64,000 nucleotides of DNA from a bacterium (GTDB taxonomy: Bacteria; Patescibacteriota; Microgenomatia; Daviesbacterales; UBA10151). The translations under genes and the position numbers were made by a program. The notes beneath the pieces were generated by a model, which was not told the origin of the DNA, searched no databases, and saw only the letters and a list, made by a program, of their open reading frames with translations. Numbering within the stretch: position 1 is the stretch's first letter; each line of letters opens with the position of its first letter. Positions 29,755 to 41,046 of the stretch are shown in pieces. The DNA is taken from NCBI GenBank assembly GCA_021786315.1, contig JAJYNN010000002.1, positions 100,160-164,159 of the forward strand. The letters run 5' to 3'.

Positions 29755-31644
29755 CTACTGGACTTCACTCCAGATTGTCAGGTCCCTGGCAAAAATATCC
29801 TTCAGAATAACCAAATATTTAGGCATGTAATTAATCTGTTCAGCCGGATCAGTATTATGTCCGTTGGAGCGGACAAACTGGGGAGGTTGGTTGGGGTTTA
29901 AAGAAATGACACTTCCGTTAATGGTTAATTGGGGAGCATTGGTACCTGCTGGGACGCAGTTGATGGAAATTAAATTACCGGTAGAGGCGCTACAGAAAGG
30001 TGTAGTAGTGCCGTTACCATAACTAATGAAGAACCCTTCGACTGGTTTAGCGCTCCCGCCCATATTTTTATCAATATAAACGGTGCCTTTGACAACAAAA
30101 ACCAGCCCTGAGGCTCCGCCGCCGTAGACGAATTTATTGCTGGGAGTATTAAGGAGTAAATTGCCATCCACAAAAATGACACCTGTTTTGGTATCGGTTG
30201 CCTGTAACTCGGAATTAACTGTTAGGTTTCCGGTGATATGGTAAAGCTGGTTGCTGCTACTCAAATCAAAAATCCGGTGAGCGTTGTCATAAGATCTATC
30301 TCCGGAGAGGGTGTTGCCTGCCGGGGGGGCGGGTTTGGCTTGGGAATAATAGAGCGAGAGAACCTCGTCGTAGCTGGGTATAGAAAATTGGGGGACGGAA
30401 GCGGGGTTGCCGATAAGGCATCTGGTTGAGGAGAAGTTGTTTTTCTTTGTTGAATCAACTAAAGATAAAAACCCGTTTCCGACTTGAATAGGGGTTGACC
30501 CGCTTGGACAGCTTGGGTCTTGAGGAGCTTGAAAAGGCACAAATGGAGTGGGAGTAGGGGTAGGGGTAGGGGTGGGAGTGGGAGTAGGGGTAGGGGTAGC
30601 ACAAACAGGAATAGAAAAAGAGTTGGAATTACTGTGGGTTCCGTTATAAAGCCTTACATAATAAGTGGCATTGGGTTGGAGGGAAGGGGAACTGCTAAAG
30701 CCGGTAGGGGCTGGGGTACTGCTGCTGCCTGAGACATTTTTATTCCAATAAGAGCTAAAGCTGCTGTTGCTGCTGATATCTGCCCAGCTAACGGGAACTC
30801 CCGGATTAGTCCAGGAGATAGTGACTTGACTCCCGGAGTAGGGTCCGGTGACACAGCTGACGTTTGTTCTAATTGATGGGGTTGGAGGAGCAATCAAAGA
30901 ATAAGAAAAGTTGTAACTGTTGTCTACGGACATATCATTACTGGGGGTAAGGCCACATCCGTCAGGGCTGGCATATTTGCCAGCAATCTGGCATTCGTAA
31001 CTTCTGTTTGGTCCGCCATAGCCGCTTAAAGAGGGGCTCCTCAGGCAGAAACCTAAACCGGCGTTAATGTTTGGGTAGCTGAAGTACCCGCTGGAGTTTG
31101 TTGTGGCCAGGCCAATATTGCACTGAGGCGGTGGCCAAGGGACCCCTGCCCTGAGTTCCGCCCCCTGGTTGATTACTACTCCCCCGATACCATTGCCGGT
31201 GACGGAGTCGGTAACTCTACCGGTTAAAGTTAGGCGGCAACCACTAATGGTTTTTGGTGATCCGCTGATTAGGGCATTATTACCGCTACCAATGTTAATA
31301 CCGTAAGCGTAGATATTGTGGGAGTTACCGTCCTTTAACCAGTCGGGAGTGGTAAAAGTGAAGCCGTGGGCACCGGTGCTTCCACAAACACCGGCATTCA
31401 CCAAATCCTGGCGGAAGATATTGGCTGTGGTTGCGCCTACCCAGGTATTGTTATCTGTGTAAAAGTGGACATCAATAGATTGGTTGTTATTGTCACCATC
31501 GCATGCCCAGCCGGCAAAGTTGGAACAATTGGCAGCGTCTAAATAACCATAAGGATCCGCAGCTAATGCTGGGGTAGGGGAAACGATAAAAAAAGCAGAA
31601 GCTAATATAAAAAATAGAAGTGGCAGAAAAAGGTCAATTTTCAT
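29755..31644 (-). CDS. secreted protein with (PT)n linker
   Basis: Signal peptide MKIDLFLPLLFFILASAFFIVSPTPALA. TPTPTPTPTPTPTPTPTP linker. Gly/Asn-rich beta-type C-terminal region. Confidence 0.55.
   Translation of the reverse strand: MKIDLFLPLLFFILASAFFIVSPTPALAADPYGYLDAANCSNFAGWACDGDNNNQSIDVHFYTDNNTWVGATTANIFRQDLVNAGVCGSTGAHGFTFTTPDWLKDGNSHNIYAYGINIGSGNNALISGSPKTISGCRLTLTGRVTDSVTGNGIGGVVINQGAELRAGVPWPPPQCNIGLATTNSSGYFSYPNINAGLGFCLRSPSLSGYGGPNRSYECQIAGKYASPDGCGLTPSNDMSVDNSYNFSYSLIAPPTPSIRTNVSCVTGPYSGSQVTISWTNPGVPVSWADISSNSSFSSYWNKNVSGSSSTPAPTGFSSSPSLQPNATYYVRLYNGTHSNSNSFSIPVCATPTPTPTPTPTPTPTPTPFVPFQAPQDPSCPSGSTPIQVGNGFLSLVDSTKKNNFSSTRCLIGNPASVPQFSIPSYDEVLSLYYSQAKPAPPAGNTLSGDRSYDNAHRIFDLSSSNQLYHITGNLTVNSELQATDTKTGVIFVDGNLLLNTPSNKFVYGGGASGLVFVVKGTVYIDKNMGGSAKPVEGFFISYGNGTTTPFCSASTGNLISINCVPAGTNAPQLTINGSVISLNPNQPPQFVRSNGHNTDPAEQINYMPKYLVILKDIFARDLTIWSEVQ
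30540..30600. repeat. simple repeat (ggggtaggggtaggggtgggagt...) encoding the PT linker
   Basis: A 6-nt periodic direct repeat is visible in the sequence. Confidence 0.7.
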
Positions 31645-31719
31645 TAGCAGAGTTTAGGTCTGAGACTACTTCATTATGCCAATATATGAAGTTGTTTTGC
31701 AAGCTAAGTTGATCGAAGA

Positions 31720-32625
31720 TTATTGATTTGAATGGACATCTCCGCCTCTAACCTTTAAATAGGCCGGCATAGCTGTTGGGGTTGGGGTGGGTGTCGGGGT
31801 TGGAGTTGGGGTGGGTGTCAGAGTTGGGGTGGGTGTCGGGGTTGGAGTTGGGGTGGGAGCAATGATTTGGTAGGTTGTGGATTTGGAACACAGAGGTGAG
31901 CAATTACTGAAGCTGCCCTGGCAGACTTTCCAGGTATGAGTCCAGGTGTAAGTGCCGGTGATAGACGCCGTACAGGTGGTATTATTCCAAGATCCGCTGC
32001 AATTACTGACTCCCGGACGGGTATCGCCAATCCAGGTAGATGCATCACCGGTGATATTGAAGGTCATATTGCGCCCGGGAGTTTGCGTGTTGGGAGAAAC
32101 GGAGAGGGAAACCTGATTTGTGTTGCAACTAATGCTGGTGGGTTGGGGAGGAGGGCAATCTCCCGAATACCAGACAATAAACCCTTCGGGGATACCACAC
32201 GTCCAGGGACTTTGCCAGTTGCCGCCGTTGCGGCAATTATGGTCAAAGGAGTCAATTTGGTAAGTTCTGCCGCAGGTAGCTCCGGCAAAACTTTGTGAGG
32301 TGCTCCAACTGGATTCATGTTCAGTACAGTTGGTTTGTTTGCCGTTGCACCAATAGAGAACGGTGCTGTTGCCGGTTCCGGAGCGGCTCCAGCAGGTTCC
32401 GCTGCCGAGATTACAGGGAGCGGCACAACCCCCGTTGGCGTTATAGACACCGTTGTCGAAACCGTTGATGTTCCCGTCACCACCACTGCCGTCGTTGGTA
32501 AAACCACAAATTTTAGTGTAGTAGCCGCTACCGTAATTGGTGGTAGCGTAAACTACGCCGATTGAGGCCATCAGTATTAATACTGCCACAGGAATAGAAG
32601 CTAATTTAAAATACTTTTTTAACAT
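31720..32625 (-). CDS. secreted Cys-rich protein with C-terminal (PT)n tail
   Basis: Signal peptide MLKKYFKLASIPVAVLILMASIGVVYA. More than 20 Cys. PTPTPTPTPTPTLTPTPTPTPTPTPTPT. Confidence 0.5.
   Translation of the reverse strand: MLKKYFKLASIPVAVLILMASIGVVYATTNYGSGYYTKICGFTNDGSGGDGNINGFDNGVYNANGGCAAPCNLGSGTCWSRSGTGNSTVLYWCNGKQTNCTEHESSWSTSQSFAGATCGRTYQIDSFDHNCRNGGNWQSPWTCGIPEGFIVWYSGDCPPPQPTSISCNTNQVSLSVSPNTQTPGRNMTFNITGDASTWIGDTRPGVSNCSGSWNNTTCTASITGTYTWTHTWKVCQGSFSNCSPLCSKSTTYQIIAPTPTPTPTPTPTLTPTPTPTPTPTPTPTAMPAYLKVRGGDVHSNQ
31775..31862. repeat. simple repeat encoding the (PT)n tail
   Basis: ggggttggggtgggtgtcggggttggagttggggtgggtgtc... Confidence 0.7.
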
Positions 32626-32627
32626 TT

Positions 32628-33332
32628 TTAAAATCTAAACGTCTCCGGTGTAACTTTTGCCGGCTGCCAACTGACTCCGTTACTTATTTTATAGAGCATA
32701 AAAACAAAAGACTTATTATTAAATTCCGGAATAGGCAAACCGCTGGCAGTCGTGATCTCTTCGGCTGCTTTGACATCTCTTTCCTTAAACTGGACTTTGC
32801 CCCGGATATAATATGTAGCCTGAAGGCCTTTTTGGTTATCAGTTAAAGTCAGGATTGTCATATTGGGAACGTTTTTAAAGGCCGGAAGCTGTTCCAAAGT
32901 GCCATCAAAGGCAGCAAAGATCGGGGTCCCTTTGGCCAATTGCCCGGAAACGGAGCTTTCCCGGTACTCTCCTTTTTGGCAGAAATCAGGAAGAGATGGA
33001 CAAATAAACGGCCCTTTCTGTAAGTTTGCGTCATACCTGCCTGATGGTGTAGGTGCCGGGGTGGTAACTAATTGTTCAGAAGAGGACTTAATTTTAACAG
33101 TATAAAAATAATAAGCCCCTGCCAAAAGAAGCATCATAGAAGCTATTAAAATTAGGGCGGGTTTACTTAAGAAGCGGTTCTTCCCGTCGTTAACATTGTA
33201 ACTTTCAACAACCGGAGGGGTAGGGGGTAGGGATTGAGAAGTGGTATCAGAAGGGACAGGTTGCGGATCCACCTCTTTATGATAGCCATGTCTATGGGTA
33301 TTTTTCAAGTGTTTGGGCGCAGTTTTACTCAT
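32628..33332 (-). CDS. membrane-anchored hypothetical protein (first gene of secreted-protein operon)
   Basis: Single TM helix (ALILIASMMLLLAGAYYFYTV) followed by a periplasmic domain. Confidence 0.45.
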   Translation of the reverse strand: MSKTAPKHLKNTHRHGYHKEVDPQPVPSDTTSQSLPPTPPVVESYNVNDGKNRFLSKPALILIASMMLLLAGAYYFYTVKIKSSSEQLVTTPAPTPSGRYDANLQKGPFICPSLPDFCQKGEYRESSVSGQLAKGTPIFAAFDGTLEQLPAFKNVPNMTILTLTDNQKGLQATYYIRGKVQFKERDVKAAEEITTASGLPIPEFNNKSFVFMLYKISNGVSWQPAKVTPETFRF

Positions 33333-33390
33333 CTTTTATTGTATACAGTCATCGTACATCAACCGCTTATTGGTTTGCAATCAATGACAG

Positions 33391-33945
33391 TTGTCATTAT
33401 CATATAGACTTATGAAAATGAACGCCAAACAGCTACGGAGTAGTCAAAAGCCGGAAACCGGAAGTCGTAAGCCGGAAGCAGGAAACGAGATTTATATTAT
33501 CTTGGATAATGTTTTGGATACCTACAATATCGGGTCGATTTTCCGGCTGGCGGACGGTGCCGGGGTAAAAAAGGTTTATCTTTGCGGACATACTAATACC
33601 CCGCCTAACCCCAGGATCAAGAAGTCTTCTATCAATACTACCGAATGGGTGGATTGGGAATACGCCGAATCAACGGTTGAGTTGATTCGAAATTTAAAAT
33701 TTTCAATTCCCAATTTACAAGTAATTGCGGTTGAGCAGAGCGATGGATCAATTCCTTATGATAAATTTGACTACAAGCAACCTATAGCCCTGGTAGTAGG
33801 GCATGAAACTTATGGAGTTTCCAAAGAAGTTTTGGAGGTGGTAGATGCCACGGTGGAGATCCCCATGTTTGGGGTAAATATTTCCCTAAATGTCATGGTC
33901 TCTTTGGCAATTGTTTTGTATAAAGCCCTCGAAAAAATTGTGTAA
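33391..33945 (+). CDS. SpoU/TrmH-family RNA 2'-O-methyltransferase
   Basis: IILDNVLDTYNIGSIFRLADGAGV matches SpoU motif 1. ALVVGHETYGVS matches motif 2. Confidence 0.7.
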   Translation: MSLSYRLMKMNAKQLRSSQKPETGSRKPEAGNEIYIILDNVLDTYNIGSIFRLADGAGVKKVYLCGHTNTPPNPRIKKSSINTTEWVDWEYAESTVELIRNLKFSIPNLQVIAVEQSDGSIPYDKFDYKQPIALVVGHETYGVSKEVLEVVDATVEIPMFGVNISLNVMVSLAIVLYKALEKIV

Positions 33946-33995
33946 CCGCTCTTATATCTTTTTTTGTGCTTCTGGCGTACCATCTTTAGCTGATT

Positions 33996-34478
33996 ATGAG
34001 CGAAAGGGAAAAGGGGGAAACACCCAAAACAAGAAGACCTAAAAGACCCAAAAAAGTAGCGGTTTCCAGTGAGCCGGCAAATATCTCAACAAGAATCGAA
34101 CAAATAAAGGAGGCTTACACCAAAACCGAGGAGTTTTTAAACGAGAATATTGCCAGCAGGGGAATAAGGGAGGCCTCGGAGCTGGCCCGTCGGGTTTGGG
34201 TGAGTGAACCGGCGGAAAATTTGCGGGACCAAATAGGCGACCAAATTGCCCGGGGAAGAGCCAGGTTCGGGATAAAATTTCCGGCAGCAATCGCCATCGC
34301 TTCCTTTGCTTTGGGAACACTTTATGGAGCCGGCGGAGGTTTTAACGAAACCATGAAAATTGGCGGTTTTGCCTGGAATGCTGCCGGAAATGCCGCTGGT
34401 CCTGTATTTTATGAGATCCGCAAAGACATCGCCGCAACATTGGAAAACGCCGCCAACCGAATTAATCCTCCCCAATAA
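33996..34478 (+). CDS. hypothetical protein (basic N-terminus, Gly/Ala-rich C-terminus)
   Basis: 160-aa ORF. Confidence 0.35.
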   Translation: MSEREKGETPKTRRPKRPKKVAVSSEPANISTRIEQIKEAYTKTEEFLNENIASRGIREASELARRVWVSEPAENLRDQIGDQIARGRARFGIKFPAAIAIASFALGTLYGAGGGFNETMKIGGFAWNAAGNAAGPVFYEIRKDIAATLENAANRINPPQ

Positions 34479-34503
34479 GATTTCTTTTATACCAGTCTTT
34501 CGA

Positions 34504-34532
34504 TTGACACCGAGCTTCCGATTGGGTAGAAT
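34504..34532 (+). promoter_or_regulatory. consensus sigma70 promoter TTGACA-17-TAGAAT upstream of 16S rRNA
   Basis: -35 at 34504-34509 and -10 at 34527-34532, about 350 nt upstream of the 16S 5' end. Confidence 0.6.
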
Positions 34533-34883
34533 ATCCAGGTTAGAGTTTTGGAGTTGAGAGTGACGAGTTTGAATTTTTTGGATATGACATTTAACAAACT
34601 TGAACTTTTAAGTTTTTAGCAGTATCTACTGCCGTCATCTTCTTCCGACTTTAATACCTTTAATTAGCACCTTAATAATTTAACAAATCACTTTTTTGAT
34701 TTTGAAAAAGTGGTGGGTATAGACCTTTAAGTCAAAAAGGTCAAGACAAGAGTGCAAAATCTTTTGTCAATTCTTTGAGTAAAGCTGATGAAGCTTTACG
34801 AGATTTCTTTACAGTGATTTATGTAAAGCCAGTCAGACTTTACTTGAGTGAGCTGAGCGAGCGAAAGCAAGCTTTGCTTATTC

Positions 34884-36341
<1,458 letters not shown>

Positions 36342-36495
36342 GAGATTCGATTAAGCTGGAGGATTCCTTAAACCCGCAAGGGAAGGTAGCCACGGTTTGA
36401 TCCATGATCACCATTTGTATTCTCACGATACGGTGATAGAAGTTGAAGGCTTCTTAAAAAACCTTTCCCACCACTTTTTTGAAATCAAACAACTA

Positions 36496-36526
36496 GCCCC
36501 GTACCGAATGGTTCGGGGTTTTTTGT
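36496..36526 (+). terminator. hairpin plus T-run after 16S
   Basis: ccccgtaccgaatggttcgggg followed by ttttttg. Confidence 0.45.
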
Positions 36527-36568
36527 GGATTGACAAGGCTGGAAGGGGATAGTATCTTGGATACCAGA

Positions 36569-36928
36569 ATGGAAAGACCGTGCTTACAATCATGTCCGGA
36601 AATTTGGTGTATTAATAACGATAAAGAAGGGTGTCCAACATATATTGGAGGTCGCTGCTTCGGCGCTCCGGGTGTTTTAGAAAAGTTTACCGATAGAGTT
36701 TATGAGGCAATAAGAAGTGCTTCACGCAGATCTTTCCAAAGAGCGATGGGGGTAGTGAATATGGAAAATGCATTAATGGCGGAGGGGGTAGTGTCCGCAG
36801 CTACTTTAGTAGCCGGGGCAATTAGCGGCAATGTCTTGATGTTTGCGGGGGGATTTGGCGGAACAGCTTTCTATAATGTGGCTGAAGTTGGCCGCTCCGG
36901 GTGGAAATTCTTAAATTCTCAAAGCTAA
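36569..36928 (+). CDS. hypothetical small Cys-containing protein in the 16S-23S interval (leaderless-like)
   Basis: TTGACA(36530)-17-TATCTT(36553) precedes an ATG at 36569. The 119-aa protein has a Gly/Ala-rich C-terminus. Confidence 0.35.
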   Translation: MERPCLQSCPEIWCINNDKEGCPTYIGGRCFGAPGVLEKFTDRVYEAIRSASRRSFQRAMGVVNMENALMAEGVVSAATLVAGAISGNVLMFAGGFGGTAFYNVAEVGRSGWKFLNSQS

Positions 36929-37037
36929 AGAGGATTAATTTAGTGGGCGCACATGGGATAGGGCTACCTTTTGACTACGTCAAAACGATCCTGTAATTGT
37001 CGCTTCGCTCAAATTATCGAACCATCATAAAAAATTG

Positions 37038-37109
37038 AGGCCTGGGTGGGAATCGAACCCGCGTATAAGAGTTTTGCAGACTCCTGCCTTACCACTTGGC
37101 TACCAGGCC
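37038..37109 (-). tRNA. tRNA-Cys (anticodon GCA)
   Basis: The reverse complement folds as GGCCTGG/CCAGGCC acceptor, anticodon stem GGAGT/ACTCT with loop CTGCAAA, and T-loop TTCGATT. There is one C-A mismatch in the T stem and no encoded CCA. Confidence 0.6.
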
Positions 37110-37204
37110 GTGGAGATATCTTACCATGAATTTAGCCTTGAGGCTAGGACACTGTTAACTTCCCACAAGACAAATTGATCTTAATTTGATAAAATACTCG
37201 GGTT

Positions 37205-37379
37205 ATGGGAATAGTGGAAAATCTTAAGGAACGAGGTAAACAGGTATTGTTTTCCTTCGGGGAAATGGGTTTGGGTGTTCTTTTGTTGGAGGGTTTCCCG
37301 GTTGTTATTCCCACAGTTGCTGCTATAGTAGCTATTACTAGGGGAGGAAATAGGTTTAAGAGAGCGTTAAGTTTTTAAT
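37205..37379 (+). CDS. hypothetical 58-aa small membrane protein
   Basis: ATG...TAA frame reading MGIVENLKERGKQVLFSFGEMGLGVLLLEGFPVVIPTVAAIVAITRGG... (my own reading; it is below the ORF-track cut-off). Confidence 0.25.
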
Positions 37380-37382
37380 TTT

Positions 37383-37457
37383 GGGCGCATGGCTCAGTGG
37401 TAGAGCGCGTCACTGATAATGACGAGGTCCATGGTTCGATCCCATGTGCGCCCACCA
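37383..37457 (+). tRNA. tRNA-Ile (anticodon GAT), CCA encoded
   Basis: GGGCGCA/TGCGCCC acceptor, D-arm GCTCAGTGGTAGAGC, anticodon loop CTGATAA, T-loop TTCGATC, then ACCA. Confidence 0.85.
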
Positions 37458-37699
37458 GAGAGGATTGGTCAGGGGCAGCCCCTGATAGCTAGACGAATAA
37501 AACAAGCTGCTGGAAAATGGCTACAGTAAAAAGCAGGCTAAAGAAAGACTTAAGCTTTCTCCTGGGAGTAGAGTTTAGCCAGCTGTGAGTGCAACTCTCA
37601 CTCCTCTCACATACTTTGATCCATTCTTCTGACCTTGTTCTTACTCTATTTTTGTTGTTCTCTTAAGCATAAAAGTTAATATTTGCTCAATAATCAATT

Positions 37700-37957
37700 A
37701 TGAATATCTTAGCTTGGATTGTATTTGGACTAATAGTTGGAGCAATTGCTCACTACCTCTATCCACGACCTTCTCAAGGCGGGTTGCTCGGAACCATTCT
37801 TCTTGGTATTTTGGGAGCATTGCTGGGAGGTTTTATCGGGGACCTGCTTTTCGGGGTTGCTGTTACCGGATTTAACCTTTCTTCATTTATAGTGGCGGTT
37901 ATTGGATCCTTGGTGTTACTGTTTGTTAGCAGGGCTTTCTTAAGTAGTGCGCGTTGA
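37700..37957 (+). CDS. GlsB/YeaQ/YmgE-family stress-response membrane protein
   Basis: MNILAWIVFGLIVGAIAHYL...GGLLGTILLGILGALLGGFIGDLLFG is a typical Gly-zipper transglycosylase-associated protein. Confidence 0.7.
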   Translation: MNILAWIVFGLIVGAIAHYLYPRPSQGGLLGTILLGILGALLGGFIGDLLFGVAVTGFNLSSFIVAVIGSLVLLFVSRAFLSSAR

Positions 37958-38100
37958 CTCTTTAAGAGACCTCTACTTGCAAAAGTAGAATCAGGATTGG
38001 GGGTAGGAGTGAAAAACTTTGCCGGGGGCTTGATAATTGAGGGCTCACACTAAGTTGTAATATTGTCCCAAAATTCCTCGGCCCTACCCCTCAACTGGTC

Positions 38101-38190
38101 GGAGTATCGGCATATCAGAGTGTCGGTGCACCAGAATATCAAATTTTCAGATACTCTGACACTCCGAAACACTGACATTCTGATCCGGAG
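38101..38190. repeat. GC-rich palindromic repeat (core GAGTGTCRG), intergenic hairpin copy
   Basis: Left arm cagagtgtcgg and right arm ctctgacactccg are inverted repeats. It shares ccgaaac...ga[c/t]attctga with the recF copy. Confidence 0.7.
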
Positions 38191-38325
38191 CAGGGGATTA
38201 TGGCGGTATTAAAATCCAAACTTCATAGATATCTAGATCAATTCCTTCCTGAAAACGGTTTGGTGAAACAATTCATTTATCTTCTAACTTCAGCACCGGT
38301 AGAATAATTAACCCAGATTTAAGAA

Positions 38326-38393
38326 TTAAGATTTAGGATTTAAGAGGGAATTTTGTGACTCTTAAATCTAGATTCCTAAATCTTAAATCCTTA
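38326..38393. repeat. AT-rich palindromic repeat family, intergenic full hairpin copy
   Basis: atttaagaattaagatttaggatttaagag...ctcttaaatctagattcctaaatcttaaatcc are near-perfect inverted arms. Confidence 0.75.
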
Positions 38394-38611
38394 CGCAACC
38401 CTTACACCGCCAGCCTTGAATCCTTACATTGTGCGACTTGACACGCACCACTTCTTCTGCTAATATTCTCACCGCAACCGTAAAGCTGCAGGTCCGCCAA
38501 TAGGGCGGATTCTTATATTTCCAACGTTTGCATTCTTGGGGTTTTTGCGGGTCTTTTTCTGAAATATCAGAGATCCTGTAACTTCTCTCCGGCAAAAGCC
38601 GGGCAGAACTT

Positions 38612-39913
38612 ATGGATAAACTGCCTTATATTAACCTATCATTCTTAAAAAAGAACGACAAAGTAAAACTATTTCTAGATTCTGCTACTACTTTCTTCTC
38701 GAAATTTTTCAAGAGGGGGGTACCGGTTTTTACCAGTTTAATGGTGATGATGGCTATTACTATTAACGGAATAGGAACACCTTTAATACAAGTTTCGCCT
38801 CTGGTCTCTCCTTTACAGCCCTTAGTGGACCAAAAGAGCCAAAAAGAGGTTTTCGGCTTTGCGCCTTATTGGACCTTTAATAAGTTGGACAAGGTAGATT
38901 TTGATACCCTGACAACTATTGCCTACTTTGGGGTTCCTGTACTCTCGGATGGCACTTTGGATAAAACCGACCAGGGATATATTACTTTTGAGTCCCACCA
39001 GGCCACCCAGCTTTTCCAAAAGGCCCATCAGCACGGAACCAGGGTAGTTTTAACCTTGACCCAGATGAATAACTGGCCGATTCAGGCTATTTTGGATGAC
39101 CCTAATGCTACCCAAAATGTGATAAATCAGGGAGTTGATGCTGTCCAGTCCAGAGGGATTGACGGAATCAATGTTGATTTTGAGTATCAAGGTGACCCTG
39201 GACAAGACTATCGGGATAAATTTACCCATTTTATAGACCAGTTGACCCAGGCAATGCATAAAGCCAACCCTAATGCCAAAGTGACCGTTTCAGTTTATGC
39301 GGCATCTGTCAAAGATCCTAAAATTTATGATGTTGGGGCTTTGGCTAAAGTTTCTGACGGGATCTTTATGATGGCTTATGATTTTGCCAACTCCTCTTCG
39401 GATGTGGCGATGCCGACAGCCCCGCTTTTTGGAGCTTCCGATGGAACTTATTGGTATGACGTATCCACCGCTGTCAACGACTTTTTGCGGGTGATGCCGG
39501 CCAATAAGCTGATTTTGGGGGTACCTTGGTATGGGTATAACTATTCAGTAGGACAACCTCAGGTTAAAGCTTTAACTGGGTGGGGTGGAGGAGTCTCCCA
39601 GCCTTACTCGGTAGCCAAAGATAGCATCCAGCCTGATGCCACCGGTTGGGATAACGAAGGCAAGGTAGGCTGGGAAGCCTACCAAACTTGGGGCGGCTGG
39701 AGGATGATCTTTGTTGAAGATGCCAAATCTTTAGGGTTAAAGTATGACTTTGCCAAGAGCAAAAACCTTGAGGGTATTGGGATTTGGGCTTTGGGATTTG
39801 ATGACGGAAAACCGGAGATGTGGAGTACCTTAAAAAGTAAGTTTACCGGTTTAGTGAAAGACACTGCAGTTTTGGCCAAAGCTATTAAGGAGGTGCCGGA
39901 AAACGACATATGA
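38612..39913 (+). CDS. glycoside hydrolase family 18 (chitinase-like), secreted/membrane-anchored
   Basis: N-terminal TM helix. DGINVDFEY matches the GH18 DxxDxDxE catalytic motif. Confidence 0.65.
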   Translation: MDKLPYINLSFLKKNDKVKLFLDSATTFFSKFFKRGVPVFTSLMVMMAITINGIGTPLIQVSPLVSPLQPLVDQKSQKEVFGFAPYWTFNKLDKVDFDTLTTIAYFGVPVLSDGTLDKTDQGYITFESHQATQLFQKAHQHGTRVVLTLTQMNNWPIQAILDDPNATQNVINQGVDAVQSRGIDGINVDFEYQGDPGQDYRDKFTHFIDQLTQAMHKANPNAKVTVSVYAASVKDPKIYDVGALAKVSDGIFMMAYDFANSSSDVAMPTAPLFGASDGTYWYDVSTAVNDFLRVMPANKLILGVPWYGYNYSVGQPQVKALTGWGGGVSQPYSVAKDSIQPDATGWDNEGKVGWEAYQTWGGWRMIFVEDAKSLGLKYDFAKSKNLEGIGIWALGFDDGKPEMWSTLKSKFTGLVKDTAVLAKAIKEVPENDI

Positions 39914-41046
39914 TTGATGATTTAATCTTAACCTTTAAGACCCGCTGGAAAGTTTTTTTACTCAGTTTAGGGATCCAGCTTTTGATTACCACTTTGCTGC
40001 GGGTAGGGGTGCATGCCCCGAAAATTTTTGATGCTTTACTTCTGTCTAACCTGACCCGTCAGGTACAGACTTTAAGTTCTCCTGTACCGTCCAAACCTGA
40101 TGTTTTTGGAAGTGTGAAGCCAAAGTTGGAGCAAAAAGAGAATACTTTTGAGATTAAAAAAGACACCAGTTGGGCCCCACCTGCCCTGGACCCAGTTCCT
40201 GCCTTGGCTGCAACCGGCGTGAATTTACCTACTGACTACAACCAGGCATCGGGCTTTACAGTCATTGATTTAGACACCGGCAAGGTTTTACTGGAAAAAA
40301 ATGGCGATAAAAAGCTGCCGATTGCGTCGCTTACTAAGATTATGACCGCCGTTGTCGCTTCCGACTTGGCCAATTCTTCGGACACTTTTACTGCCTCCAA
40401 AAAGGCGGCCAATGTCGAGCCGACCCGGATGGGGGTAACTGACGGAGAAAAAGTGGGGCTTAATGAACTATTGCACGCGCTTTTGATGACTTCCGCCAAC
40501 GATAGCGCCCAGATGATTAAAGAGGGGATTGACCAAAAATACGGCAGCGAAATCTTTGTCCGGGCGATGAATGAGAAGGCCAAATTTTTGGGGTTAAAAA
40601 ATACCCATTTTGCCAATCCCCAGGGTTTTGATTCTCCTGATAATTACAGCAGCGCGGATGATCTGGCCGTGCTTTCCCAATATGCCCTGCAAAACTATCC
40701 GGCCATTAAAGATGTTGTCCAGCAGGATTATCAACATTACGATGCCAATACTAACCACCCCCAAATTGACCTCTATAATTGGAATGGGCTTTTAGATGTG
40801 TACCCCGGGGTTTACGGGGTCAAAATCGGCAATACTAACAAGGCTGGGTATACGACAGTAGTTGCCTCTGAACGAAACGGTCATCATCTTTTGACGGTAG
40901 TTTTAGGCGCCCCCGGGGTGTTACAGCGGGATATGTGGGCAGCAGAAGCTTTGGACCAAGGTTTTGCCAAGTATGGCTTGGATCCAGTAAGTGTAACTGA
41001 GGTCCAACTTCAAGCTAAATACGCTACCTGGAAATATTGGAACTAG
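39910..41046 (+). CDS. dacA: D-alanyl-D-alanine carboxypeptidase (peptidase S11 / low-MW PBP)
   Basis: SLTK (SxxK) in ASLTKIMTA. SAND (SxN) in LLMTSANDSAQ. KIGNTNKAG (KTG-like). Confidence 0.75.
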   Translation: MIDDLILTFKTRWKVFLLSLGIQLLITTLLRVGVHAPKIFDALLLSNLTRQVQTLSSPVPSKPDVFGSVKPKLEQKENTFEIKKDTSWAPPALDPVPALAATGVNLPTDYNQASGFTVIDLDTGKVLLEKNGDKKLPIASLTKIMTAVVASDLANSSDTFTASKKAANVEPTRMGVTDGEKVGLNELLHALLMTSANDSAQMIKEGIDQKYGSEIFVRAMNEKAKFLGLKNTHFANPQGFDSPDNYSSADDLAVLSQYALQNYPAIKDVVQQDYQHYDANTNHPQIDLYNWNGLLDVYPGVYGVKIGNTNKAGYTTVVASERNGHHLLTVVLGAPGVLQRDMWAAEALDQGFAKYGLDPVSVTEVQLQAKYATWKYWN

